Positions 7,966 to 17,606 of a DNA stretch of 20,000 nt are shown piece by piece (position 1 is the stretch's first letter; each line of letters opens with the position of its first letter). Position numbers and translations under genes: made by a program. The notes below the pieces were generated by a model. The model searched no databases. It saw only the letters and a list, made by a program, of their open reading frames with translations, and was not told the origin of the DNA. The stretch comes from an uncultured virus (IMG/VR IMGVR_UViG_3300013014_000028) (lineage: Duplodnaviria > Heunggongvirae > Uroviricota > Caudoviricetes), in IMG/VR virus record IMGVR_UViG_3300013014_000028; one strand, given 5' to 3'.

Positions 7966-9676
7966 ATATACTATCAAACCAAGTAGTCAGGAGTACAAAT
8001 CTGCCCCATCAAATGACCAAAGGATAGAAATATCTTTGGAGCAACAGAGTCAAAATCTTGTTGAGTATGATAGAAATTATACTGTAAGTTTAGCTCAAGT
8101 TTATGATGATGAGAGACAATCTTCAACAATATTTAGACCAACATTTAAAGTTGGGTACTTGTATAGTAATGTTTTTACAGGTAGTACAAAGTTTACTCCA
8201 ATTCAAAATAATCTTTATTATGTAAATGCTGAATCATCTGTTTTTACGGGGGATTGGCAAGGATATCCACAGTATTATGAGTTTGATTTTTTAAGAGACG
8301 ATATTACTAATGAACATATTGGGTATGCGTCTAAAAGTGCTTTTACATATAATTGGAATTATTATATAACATACGCATCTGATAATAATGAAGATGTGAA
8401 AATGTCTGCAACTTTAGATGGTAATTATTATGATTGGGTTGCTAAAGAAGGTATTCCTTTTGTTATTAAAAAAAATACACAAGAGGGTAGTGGAGTAATT
8501 TCATTTGAATGTATTTGTCCTCATGGACTTACAATAGGAGAATCAGTAGAGTTAAAAATTAACAATCAAATATATCAATATAGGAATGAAGATTTATTTG
8601 AAGTGTATTCTTTGGGTAACGGATTATTTGATAGTGATTTATATATATTCAACGTATACAATATAGGATTTACCGGAACTTCTTTGAATAGTGGAACGAT
8701 TGGAACATTTAAAAGAATTGTTAATTATGATAATCCAATTGAAACCAAATCAAAATATTATGTTAGACAACATAAAGTATTAAGTGATATAAATGATATA
8801 ATCATTACTAAAACAGGGTTTGAAAAAAATCCATTTAAAAATGAACAAAAGTTAGAATTGAGTTCATTAACACCAAATAATATAACAAGAATCTCACAAA
8901 AAACTAGTTCTAATGCTTTTACAATAACAATGAAGAGAGACATTGATATTAATAAATTATTAGATAATCAAAAAAGACCCATAACTGAATTATTTTTAAC
9001 CGTAATAAATAGAGGGTATTCAGGACTATTCAATGCCCCATCACAGGGAGTTGGGTTAAAACAAGGTTGGCAATTTAACATTACAAAGACAAATAACTCT
9101 TGGTGGAGTGCAAATAATTTGAATTCAAATTCAAATATTAAAACAGATTCATATACTCAAACTTCAGGTGTTACTAAAACTTTTTACTATAATAAAAATT
9201 TAGAAATCGGTTCTTTAGTTGACGGAGATTTTTGTGAGTGGAATGATTATTTTCAAATTGAAAGAGTAATTTCACCATACTATCAAAAGATAAAATTTAA
9301 TCAAGATGTGTTTCAAACTAGTATTGACCCATCTAATCAAAATTCTGCTGGTTATTATTATCAACCACACTATTCAACAATAATAAGAGTTTTTTCTGAT
9401 TATGTTGAATTTGGAGACCCGGCAACTGTGGACAACATACCTAGTTATGCGTTTTATTCTAATTCTGACCAAGCGTTTAGATGGAGAGATTTATATACTT
9501 ATGGATTTTTTGATGATTTAGGAAGAGGAGTTGATTATCCATTTTTAAATCTATCTCACTACCCTTACGCTAATACGATATTTAGATTAATACCTGATGA
9601 TAAAGGATTTGACCTTAATCAGGGAATAACTGGATTAGATATACCTAATAAACCTATAATTGATAAATGTGAATAA
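7958..9676 (+). CDS. Putative virion structural protein (572 aa), function unknown
   Basis: Long ORF overlapping the upstream stop (ATGAATAA). It is aromatic- and Asn-rich and contains PHGLTIGESVEL, resembling the HGLxxGDxV beta-barrel motif common in phage baseplate and tail proteins. Confidence 0.65.
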   Translation: MNKYTIKPSSQEYKSAPSNDQRIEISLEQQSQNLVEYDRNYTVSLAQVYDDERQSSTIFRPTFKVGYLYSNVFTGSTKFTPIQNNLYYVNAESSVFTGDWQGYPQYYEFDFLRDDITNEHIGYASKSAFTYNWNYYITYASDNNEDVKMSATLDGNYYDWVAKEGIPFVIKKNTQEGSGVISFECICPHGLTIGESVELKINNQIYQYRNEDLFEVYSLGNGLFDSDLYIFNVYNIGFTGTSLNSGTIGTFKRIVNYDNPIETKSKYYVRQHKVLSDINDIIITKTGFEKNPFKNEQKLELSSLTPNNITRISQKTSSNAFTITMKRDIDINKLLDNQKRPITELFLTVINRGYSGLFNAPSQGVGLKQGWQFNITKTNNSWWSANNLNSNSNIKTDSYTQTSGVTKTFYYNKNLEIGSLVDGDFCEWNDYFQIERVISPYYQKIKFNQDVFQTSIDPSNQNSAGYYYQPHYSTIIRVFSDYVEFGDPATVDNIPSYAFYSNSDQAFRWRDLYTYGFFDDLGRGVDYPFLNLSHYPYANTIFRLIPDDKGFDLNQGITGLDIPNKPIIDKCE

Positions 9677-10478
9677 TAATTTTGTAATTCAACAATTTGG
9701 GCTTATAGATAAGCAAATCAACATTCCTATTGAATTAAGTTGGGATTATGAAGGGCTTGATGATGGGATTGACCAATATCAAGAAAATGTAATTAAACAA
9801 GTTATAGGTCCGGGATATGATTTTGAGGTTAATAGATTTCCACATGCTACTCATGAAGGTTCAAATAAAACAGATATCAATTACGAATTTAATTTTTATT
9901 CTGGAGGTTCTTTAACGTTGGAATCAAGTTGGAAAAATAGTTATCTTGGAGAAGGATTTACAACACAAGAAATTTTTTATTATTCAAATAAGTTTGCAAA
10001 ATCTTTTTTTAAGTTAGACTTTTACGATACTGTTGATGAGAAAAGACAAAAAAATTATTTTACGGTCATCTTACCAACACAACAAGGTTTGTTAGAAGAA
10101 ATTAACATGGCTAGAACGCCTGTAAGTATTAGAAAACCAAAATTTAAATTAGACTATGTTGGTGATAAAGAAGGGTTTTTTATTTATTGGTTGAAGAGTT
10201 TAAAATTTATGCCAATTAATACCTTTTATATGACCGCAAAATTTTATAATGCTTCTACAGGACAATTTACAAAATTAATGAACGCTCCGCAATCAACGTT
10301 AAATTCGTCAAGTAATGGTGGAAATGTTTATGCATTTGATAGTACGCAATATTTCTATTATAGAGTTGTTCTGGATTATATTAATATTAACTATAGAATC
10401 TATGACATAAAAACTGGCGCTAGAGTTGGAACTAATGTTCCAGTCCTTTGGTATGAATACGTAAACCCACCAATATAA
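9669..10478 (+). CDS. Putative virion structural protein (about 269 aa), function unknown; probable GTG start at 9669
   Basis: The ORF track starts at TTG 9660. GTG 9669 gives the overlap GTGAATAA with the upstream stop, the same geometry as ATGAATAA at 7958-7965. Confidence 0.62.
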   Translation: MNNNFVIQQFGLIDKQINIPIELSWDYEGLDDGIDQYQENVIKQVIGPGYDFEVNRFPHATHEGSNKTDINYEFNFYSGGSLTLESSWKNSYLGEGFTTQEIFYYSNKFAKSFFKLDFYDTVDEKRQKNYFTVILPTQQGLLEEINMARTPVSIRKPKFKLDYVGDKEGFFIYWLKSLKFMPINTFYMTAKFYNASTGQFTKLMNAPQSTLNSSSNGGNVYAFDSTQYFYYRVVLDYININYRIYDIKTGARVGTNVPVLWYEYVNPPI

Positions 10479-11560
10479 TGAGTGATACTTACAATATAGT
10501 TATATCACCCCAAACAATAAGGGGAGATATTAGTACAATAGTTTATAGTGGCGTTAGTGTTGGTGTTTATTCGGCAATGACCCAAGTTGTAAGTGCCGGA
10601 CCTAATGGTTCATCAACACTTACGGGACTAACAATTCCAATTCTATTAAGACAAAGTACAGTTGATTCAGGATATTTTACGCCATTTGACGGATTGATTT
10701 ATCAACAAGATGTGGTCACTAATTTTATATTTTCATCAACCACAACTTCATCGTATACGTATAAAATATATAACACATCAAGTGAGTATCAAAAATTTAT
10801 TGATTTGTCTAGTTATACTGTTGATTGGGGGGACGATTCACCAATAGAAGTTGTAACAGGATATACACCAAATTATGTTTCACATACTTATCCAACAGGA
10901 ACAAGAAAATATACAATTAATTTAGAACAAATTAATCCTTGGGGAAAAGTAAATGTATATAAAACAATATCAACTCCATTTAAAAATCCAATAATTTATA
11001 ATCCTAAAGGAAGAGTTTTTTTTACTTCAAACATTGGAAGTTGGTCGGCAACACCTATAAGTTACGATTATATTTTTTCAGGGGATGCAATAAATACTGT
11101 TGAATCTGAATTAAGTTCAAACTATGTTAATGTTCCTTTTACGGTGTCTTCTGAAACAAAATCAAGACTAACAGAACTTTCTCTGTATGGTCCCGTTCAA
11201 TATCAAGTGGGGGTACCTATTATCAAAGGAGGTGAAATATATGGAGCAATAACTGACATCAATCCTGTGTTTACCGCATATACAATACAAAATGTTGATT
11301 ATTACGATTATGTTAATGGATTGACACTTTCTTTTGTTGGCTCTTCAGGATTTACGCAAGATAATATAATAGCAGAACCTATAGTAAAAGACGAATCTTT
11401 AATTAAAGTTATTGACCAAGCACAGATTCAAAGTGACGTTTTTGTGGAGAGGGGAAAAAATAGTGCGTTTGAAAGAATACAAAGATTAGGTGAGGTTGAT
11501 AATTTAAGAGATTTAATTAATTACGGATATGGGTTTTTTAACGTTGAAAAAAAGACATAA
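10478..11560 (+). CDS. Putative structural protein with a PKD/Ig-like domain (360 aa)
   Basis: YTVDWGDDS...VSHTYPTGTRKYTINLEQINPWG (from about 10814) matches the PKD-type WxxGDG...HTY...Y pattern. TAATG coupling to the upstream gene. Confidence 0.65.
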   Translation: MSDTYNIVISPQTIRGDISTIVYSGVSVGVYSAMTQVVSAGPNGSSTLTGLTIPILLRQSTVDSGYFTPFDGLIYQQDVVTNFIFSSTTTSSYTYKIYNTSSEYQKFIDLSSYTVDWGDDSPIEVVTGYTPNYVSHTYPTGTRKYTINLEQINPWGKVNVYKTISTPFKNPIIYNPKGRVFFTSNIGSWSATPISYDYIFSGDAINTVESELSSNYVNVPFTVSSETKSRLTELSLYGPVQYQVGVPIIKGGEIYGAITDINPVFTAYTIQNVDYYDYVNGLTLSFVGSSGFTQDNIIAEPIVKDESLIKVIDQAQIQSDVFVERGKNSAFERIQRLGEVDNLRDLINYGYGFFNVEKKT

Positions 11561-11562
11561 AG

Positions 11563-11570
11563 TATTTATA
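11563..11570 (+). promoter_or_regulatory. TATTTATA motif, putative late promoter element
   Basis: In the 27-nt gap, 17 nt before ATG 11588, heading a second coupled four-gene block. Confidence 0.5.
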
Positions 11571-11587
11571 TAATATAACAATAAAAT

Positions 11588-12496
11588 ATGGCAATTGGAA
11601 CATATGGAACACTAAGGCCAAGTGATGTCTCACCTTCGGATGTTGAAATTATACTAAATTATACACCGTCTAGAGATGTTACCGAACAATTCGTTTTAAC
11701 AACACTAGATGCCCCAACTATATTAAGACCCTATTTCAATAATGATGAAACTGGCGGTAATAATGGTGTTGAGGTTTTAGGAGGTTTATACAATTTAACT
11801 TTACCGGCAGAACAATTTAATCAATTAGGATTTTACACTTTATATTTGAGACCCGCACAAATAAGAACAACAATTACTGATTGTGGGGTTTTAAGTGCAT
11901 TACCCAATGTTAAAGGAATTATTATTGATTTATCTAATATTCCTGCTGCCAGCTTAAATAAATTTGTACCACAAGGACTTGTTGGGTTTAGAATTGAGTA
12001 TCTTAATAATGATGGTTCTAAAATACCGAATTTCTTTAGAATTGTAACTTCATGTTTTTATTGTGAGCCTGTGGTTACTAATCAGGTTAATACTACACAA
12101 AAAGCGATTAGATATAGATATGTTGATGGACAATCAAATTTATTATTCATTACTTTATCACCGTCATCATCACCAACAAATAAACCAAACGCAACACCAT
12201 TTATTGGACAACCAGACCAACAAATTATTATTTCAAATACATTTTTTAATCCTGTAACAATTGATATAGAAATGGTTGAATATGATATATCATCTCTTGC
12301 AATTGCTCTTTATGGTAATCAAACCAAATCAATTGATGATGGTATATATACAATTTATGATACACAAAATAACATCTACAGACAATACAATCTTTACGAA
12401 ATTAGGGACCAGTTTAATGCTCTTCTTTATGAAGTTAGACAAAGTAGGGGTAATAACATTGATTTTAGTAAGAACTTTAACACCATAGTAACCTAA
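11588..12496 (+). CDS. Putative baseplate/structural protein (302 aa), function unknown
   Basis: Clean ORF coupled (TAATG) to the gp7-like gene. It looks beta-rich and contains a CFYC motif. No family recognised. Confidence 0.62.
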   Translation: MAIGTYGTLRPSDVSPSDVEIILNYTPSRDVTEQFVLTTLDAPTILRPYFNNDETGGNNGVEVLGGLYNLTLPAEQFNQLGFYTLYLRPAQIRTTITDCGVLSALPNVKGIIIDLSNIPAASLNKFVPQGLVGFRIEYLNNDGSKIPNFFRIVTSCFYCEPVVTNQVNTTQKAIRYRYVDGQSNLLFITLSPSSSPTNKPNATPFIGQPDQQIIISNTFFNPVTIDIEMVEYDISSLAIALYGNQTKSIDDGIYTIYDTQNNIYRQYNLYEIRDQFNALLYEVRQSRGNNIDFSKNFNTIVT

Positions 12497-15474
12497 TGGC
12501 ATTGGAAAGAAACAAATATTTTTATCCGCCTAGACCAGGTAATGGTGCAGGAACTTTCTCTGATGATATCGTTGGATTACAGACGGTAGCGGGAGGAGGA
12601 CTGACTCAAGGAAATTTTGAGTTCACAACTTCTGTTGTTGAAAAAGTTAATAGAACTTTTAATGTTGGGGCATTTTCAGAACCTTTAAGTCTAAACGATT
12701 TAGAGTTAGATACACAACTACAGGGGAGGGCCATATTAGCAACACAATTCAGAGTTTATCCAAATTATGACGTTTCAGAAGTTCTAAACTTCTCAATGTA
12801 TGGTTCTTTATCTAAAAGATTTAGTGTATCGGTAACTAAGATAATTAATTATTTTCCAGCGGCTTTAGATGTATTGTATGTTCAAACAGATTTTACAACA
12901 GGTGCAACTGCAGTAAATATAAGTTATAGTCAATCATTAGATGAAACTTATTTTGAGGTTAATATTGATAGGATACATAATCCATTTGATATTGATTACT
13001 CAGTAAATGCGACCAGAAATATAAGTTTAAGAGAAATAGAAGTTTCTAAATATAGGAATCTTTTTAACACTTATTTAGACTATGCGATTAGTGTTAATAA
13101 TATTGATTATAAAGTTGAATCTTTTTCACCATCACAAACATTAAGTGATGGTAATATTGCTTTTTATGTGTCAGGAGCTCCGTTTGGAACATCGGCATCA
13201 ACTTTCTACGAAACATTTGAGATTAGACCAAATGATTATATTGTAGATAAAGTTATGAGTGAGGATTTTGATGAGGTTGAAAAATTTTTATTAAACAGAT
13301 TAATTAGTCCTGAATATACCGCGGCGTTTAAAGTTCCTTTGTTAAATGAAATGGGACAATTTTACATTTCGGAACAGTTTGTTACTTGGCCTAAGGACGG
13401 TATTTGGAATTTAGATATCAGGTCAATAAGTTTTGATAATTATTTAACCAAGTTAGAAGAAATCGCAATAAATTTAGATGGGTTTAAAACAAATCTACTT
13501 TCAAGATTTTTAATATCAGGTTCGTTAAAAGATTTTGATACTTTGGGACAGAAGGCTGAAAAAATGTTTCAGATATATGGAAGAAGTTTTGACCAAATAA
13601 AACAATTTATAGATGCGTTGGCATTTATCAATTCAGTTAATTATGTACCTGAAAATGATATTCCTTCACAATTATTATATAATTTATCGCAGACTTTAGG
13701 GTGGAGTTCAAATTTCTCACCTATTACTAATGAAAATTTTTTAAGTAGTGTTTTTGGTAATAATGCTATAAATGAATATCCTGGTTATTCTAAAGCAATA
13801 ACACCTACGGAGTTAAATTATCAATTCTATAGAAATTTGATTTTAAATGCCGCTTATTTATTTAAATCAAAAGGTACTAGAAGGTCTATAGAATTTATGT
13901 TAAGACTTATTGGAGCACCTGATTCTTTGGTTGAATTTAATGAACACATTTATTTGGCTGACCAAAGAATAAATATGGATAACTTTAGAACTCAGTTTGC
14001 TCAAATTTCAGGAGGAACTTATGTACAAGAAGTACCAAGTTTATTACCGGGTGACACTTTTAAAATCAAAGGACAATTATTTACTGCCTTTACAACAACT
14101 GATATCTATGAAGATGTTACTGTTAGTACGTTAGATTATCCGGTAGATGCTGAAGGGTATCCACAATCTCCAATTGAAACGGAGTCTATGTTTTTCCAAA
14201 AAGGGTCTGGTTGGTATGAAAGTACACCACAACATAGAAGCCCTGATGAAGTTGTCTTAACGGGTCTTGTATATACAGGGCAAAATTATGACATACAAAC
14301 ACAATTAGAACCTTTTGTTTATGGTGAAAAATATTTGGATGTCTACAGACAATTCCCATATATGACCGAAGGTTTTAAAATTAAAAAAGTAGTTGATAAT
14401 AATAAATCTTGGAGAGAAGACGATGATAAAATCAGAGTTTCAACTCAAGCAAATTATAATGCATATTATTTTGTTGATAATGAAAAGTTGGTAATCAATG
14501 TTAAAAACATTGATTTAAATTTAAATCCAGGACAAGGGTTGGCTTATGATGTGTGGGATGAATCGGTTAAATACGATTACCCAATACCTGAGTCAGGAAT
14601 GACGGTGAATTTCCCTGTTCCTGGTGGAGTAGACTCTACGTTTGTTAATCCTGAACCAAAGAAGAAAACTTTTTTTGAGTTTCTTCAAACTTTTTGGTTG
14701 AATATGGTTAATACAAGGAATAGACAATTTATTACCGATGGTAAAACTGGTGGATATCCAACACTACAATCAATATTTTGGAAATACTTGGAGTCAGAAC
14801 AAACTGTAGGTATACCAAATAACAAATATACATATCAAAAACTTATTAACTATGTTGAGGGTATGGGTCCTTATTGGATGAAGTTGGTTGAGCAAATGAT
14901 ACCAGCAACAACAATATGGACATCAGGAATTAAGTATGAGAACTCAATTTTTCATAAACAAAAGTTTGTTTATAGAAGACAAAGAGGATGTCAATTTGTA
15001 CAAGTACCGGCAGAACCGTGTTCAATTATTACAAATATATTTGATTATAGCTGTAGTTCAGAATACGTTGATTTCTTTATTTATCCTTGGCTTAATGGAG
15101 ATGCTAATGTGTCTAATTTTAGTAGTATTTTGAATAATAGAGTTAATGTTTTTTTAACGTCTCAAGGACTAACAATAAATGATTGTATTATGGATTCATT
15201 AAAATCCACATGGTATGTTGATTTAAGGTTGGATGGAAATGTTTTAATACAAGAACAATTTTATGTTGGGTATGGGACAACGGATGTTCCTACAAACTCT
15301 GATTGGAAAAATGCTTTAGTGGGTGGACTACCTGAATTAACACAATATAGTTTAGGTTATTATTTAAATGGTAACATACTAACAATAAATAATTTAACTA
15401 TGACAGCAATGAATTTGGGGGAATTACTAACTCTTAATGTTGGTATAAATTTAGAAATAAGTTGTAATCAATAA
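12496..15474 (+). CDS. Baseplate wedge protein, T4 gp7 / P2 gpI-like core (992 aa)
   Basis: IPSQLLYNLSQTLGW...YRNLILNAAYLFKSKGTRRSIEFMLRLIG (KSKGT in 13861-13920) and the later LVEQMIPAT resemble the gpI/gp7 signatures (LLxxLAxxLG; YKxKGTxxxI; V..xxPA). Confidence 0.7.
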   Translation: MALERNKYFYPPRPGNGAGTFSDDIVGLQTVAGGGLTQGNFEFTTSVVEKVNRTFNVGAFSEPLSLNDLELDTQLQGRAILATQFRVYPNYDVSEVLNFSMYGSLSKRFSVSVTKIINYFPAALDVLYVQTDFTTGATAVNISYSQSLDETYFEVNIDRIHNPFDIDYSVNATRNISLREIEVSKYRNLFNTYLDYAISVNNIDYKVESFSPSQTLSDGNIAFYVSGAPFGTSASTFYETFEIRPNDYIVDKVMSEDFDEVEKFLLNRLISPEYTAAFKVPLLNEMGQFYISEQFVTWPKDGIWNLDIRSISFDNYLTKLEEIAINLDGFKTNLLSRFLISGSLKDFDTLGQKAEKMFQIYGRSFDQIKQFIDALAFINSVNYVPENDIPSQLLYNLSQTLGWSSNFSPITNENFLSSVFGNNAINEYPGYSKAITPTELNYQFYRNLILNAAYLFKSKGTRRSIEFMLRLIGAPDSLVEFNEHIYLADQRINMDNFRTQFAQISGGTYVQEVPSLLPGDTFKIKGQLFTAFTTTDIYEDVTVSTLDYPVDAEGYPQSPIETESMFFQKGSGWYESTPQHRSPDEVVLTGLVYTGQNYDIQTQLEPFVYGEKYLDVYRQFPYMTEGFKIKKVVDNNKSWREDDDKIRVSTQANYNAYYFVDNEKLVINVKNIDLNLNPGQGLAYDVWDESVKYDYPIPESGMTVNFPVPGGVDSTFVNPEPKKKTFFEFLQTFWLNMVNTRNRQFITDGKTGGYPTLQSIFWKYLESEQTVGIPNNKYTYQKLINYVEGMGPYWMKLVEQMIPATTIWTSGIKYENSIFHKQKFVYRRQRGCQFVQVPAEPCSIITNIFDYSCSSEYVDFFIYPWLNGDANVSNFSSILNNRVNVFLTSQGLTINDCIMDSLKSTWYVDLRLDGNVLIQEQFYVGYGTTDVPTNSDWKNALVGGLPELTQYSLGYYLNGNILTINNLTMTAMNLGELLTLNVGINLEISCNQ

Positions 15475-17606
15475 TGGCGCAATTTAATTATAACATATTA
15501 GTTACAGGGGACTGTCAAAATAATAGTTCGGGTTCTATAAGTCTATTGCCTTATGGAGGAACTGCACCATATACTGTTGAATGGTTAACACCAAATTTAG
15601 GTGTTGATACGGTAACAATATTACCATCAATTAGGACAGGATTATTATCAAATACATATTCATTAAGATTAAACGATAGTACTCTACCAGTTAATAATGA
15701 ATTTTATATTAATATACCCGTTTCTAACGGAGTTTGTTCTATTATATCCGATGTAAAAAATACTACGTGTGGGGAAAATAATGGGGTAATTACGGGTAGT
15801 TCAACATCTCAATATTCATCAACAAATTTTTATTTATATAGTGGTGATGGTACATATATTACATCTGCAATAACAAATACTAATTCTATTATTTTTAATA
15901 ATTTAACTGCCGGAACATATAATATGTTAGCTCAAGATTTGGGTGGGTGTACGGGAATGAGTCAGACAGTTGTTATTGAGGATTCAAATGTTTTTGACTA
16001 TGGGTTTTATATTGTACCAAATTCAAGTTGTGGTGGACAACCTATCGGTAAAATATATGTGACAGGAGAAACAGGGGTTTATCCTTATACGTATTTTTGG
16101 AGTAATAATGAGACAACAAGTTACATTACAGGATTAACCGCAAGTGTGTATGAAGTAACTGTTACAGATTCAAATGGTTGTGTCCTAAGAAAATCGGCAA
16201 CGGTTTCAAACGTTGACCCTGTAGGTTTTGGAAATTTTGTGGTACAACAACCAACATGTTTTCAAAATAACGGAGAAGTTATAATGACAATAACAGGAGG
16301 AACGGCTCCTTATTATTATTCGGCTTCAACAGGATATTTTAAAATATCATATTTACAATCTTTTACTGTAACAGGATTAACAGCAGGTGCTCTTAGTATA
16401 AAAGTAACAGACGCAGGGTTTTGTAATTTTACAGAAACCGTACAGTTATTAACACCAAATGGAATTAGTTCTGCATCAATTAATACAACCAATTCGAGTT
16501 GTTCTCAAAATAATGGGGAGATTAATGTGTCAGTACAGGGAGGTAGTTTACCTTATACATACACATTAATATATCCAACTTCAGATACTAGTAGTATAAC
16601 AACTAGCAATACGACTAATAGCTTTATAGGTTTAACGGGTGGAACATATACCGTTTATGTTGAGGATAGTTCAGGATGTGTATATACAGGAAGTGCGGTA
16701 ATTATTGCCGAAGATAAATTTACTATATCAACATCTGTTACTGGCTCAACTTGTGGGATAAATAATGCCGCTATAAAGGTTACAGCTTCAGTGGGTGGTA
16801 CATTACCATACGATTATATTCTTGACGGAACAAATCAAATACTTGATACAACACAATCGGCGGTAACGTTTACAAATGTATCTCAAGGGTTACATAGTGT
16901 ATCTGTTGTTGATGCTGATGGATGTACTCAAACTAAACAAGTTTATGTAAATTATTCGCAACCAATTGTATATAGTTTATATTCTACAAATTGTGGTACA
17001 GGAAGTGATGGTTCAATAACAGCATTTATTTCTTCAGGTGTACCACCATTTACATTTTATTGGTCAAATAATGTTCCTAATAATCCACAATCAATTATTG
17101 CGTCAGGATTAACTGCCGGAACATATAGTGTTACAATAGTAGATAGTACAGGATGTTCTCTAAAGAGGACAACAGATTTAACTTGTAGTGAAAGTTTCGT
17201 CTCATATCAATTGTATGTTATGGGTGAGGAACCTTTCCAATTGAAATCAGGTACTAAGTGTGGATTACTACAAATGTTAAATGAAGGTTTTGTTGATTTA
17301 AGTAACGGACATCAAGGGTGCGTATTAAATTCTGCAATTTTTACTGCAAAGGTTATGGTAGAACCTTTAGGTAGTGTTTATACATCTGCATTTTTTACAA
17401 CAACAAGTTTAACACAAGCACCTTCTGACAATCTTTGGTATAATACCATAAAAACTTTGTTATTATCAATTAGTGGTGTACAAAATGTTTTTATTGACGC
17501 TTTGAATAATCAAATCACAATTCAAACATATGTTGGAGGACCATTAAACAATCAGATAATAACTGTTGACGTATTAATTAATTACAATATAACGTGTAGC
17601 CAATGA
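15474..17606 (+). CDS. SprB-repeat (Ig-like tandem) protein, putative fibre/adhesin (710 aa)
   Basis: About seven ~80-aa units of the form C-x-x-N-x-G-x-I...GGTxPYxYxW...GLTAGTYxVxVxDxxGC, the SprB repeat pattern of Bacteroidota adhesins. No signal peptide is visible. Confidence 0.8.
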   Translation: MAQFNYNILVTGDCQNNSSGSISLLPYGGTAPYTVEWLTPNLGVDTVTILPSIRTGLLSNTYSLRLNDSTLPVNNEFYINIPVSNGVCSIISDVKNTTCGENNGVITGSSTSQYSSTNFYLYSGDGTYITSAITNTNSIIFNNLTAGTYNMLAQDLGGCTGMSQTVVIEDSNVFDYGFYIVPNSSCGGQPIGKIYVTGETGVYPYTYFWSNNETTSYITGLTASVYEVTVTDSNGCVLRKSATVSNVDPVGFGNFVVQQPTCFQNNGEVIMTITGGTAPYYYSASTGYFKISYLQSFTVTGLTAGALSIKVTDAGFCNFTETVQLLTPNGISSASINTTNSSCSQNNGEINVSVQGGSLPYTYTLIYPTSDTSSITTSNTTNSFIGLTGGTYTVYVEDSSGCVYTGSAVIIAEDKFTISTSVTGSTCGINNAAIKVTASVGGTLPYDYILDGTNQILDTTQSAVTFTNVSQGLHSVSVVDADGCTQTKQVYVNYSQPIVYSLYSTNCGTGSDGSITAFISSGVPPFTFYWSNNVPNNPQSIIASGLTAGTYSVTIVDSTGCSLKRTTDLTCSESFVSYQLYVMGEEPFQLKSGTKCGLLQMLNEGFVDLSNGHQGCVLNSAIFTAKVMVEPLGSVYTSAFFTTTSLTQAPSDNLWYNTIKTLLLSISGVQNVFIDALNNQITIQTYVGGPLNNQIITVDVLINYNITCSQ

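Noticed and set aside
857..8943. Minus-strand ORFs (857-1090, 1327-1527, 3750-3947, 6084-6539, 7639-7833, 8758-8943)
   Set aside because: All are antisense to long, well-supported + strand genes. The 151-aa ORF at 6084-6539 mirrors the Gly/Ala/Val-rich hydrophobic segment, whose codons give few antisense stops.
1885..15133. Short same-strand out-of-frame ORFs (1885-2076, 12063-12257, 12276-12488, 14936-15133)
   Set aside because: Nested in long genes, 70 aa or less, with no motifs or initiation signals.
747..15474. Bacterial contractile injection system (eCIS/T6SS/tailocin) instead of a phage
   Set aside because: The direct junction to a compact RNR gene, SD-less dense packing and phage-style fibre genes favour a phage genome. 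No eCIS ATPase, T6SS membrane complex or host genes are seen, though sheath and capsid genes lie outside the window and cannot be checked.
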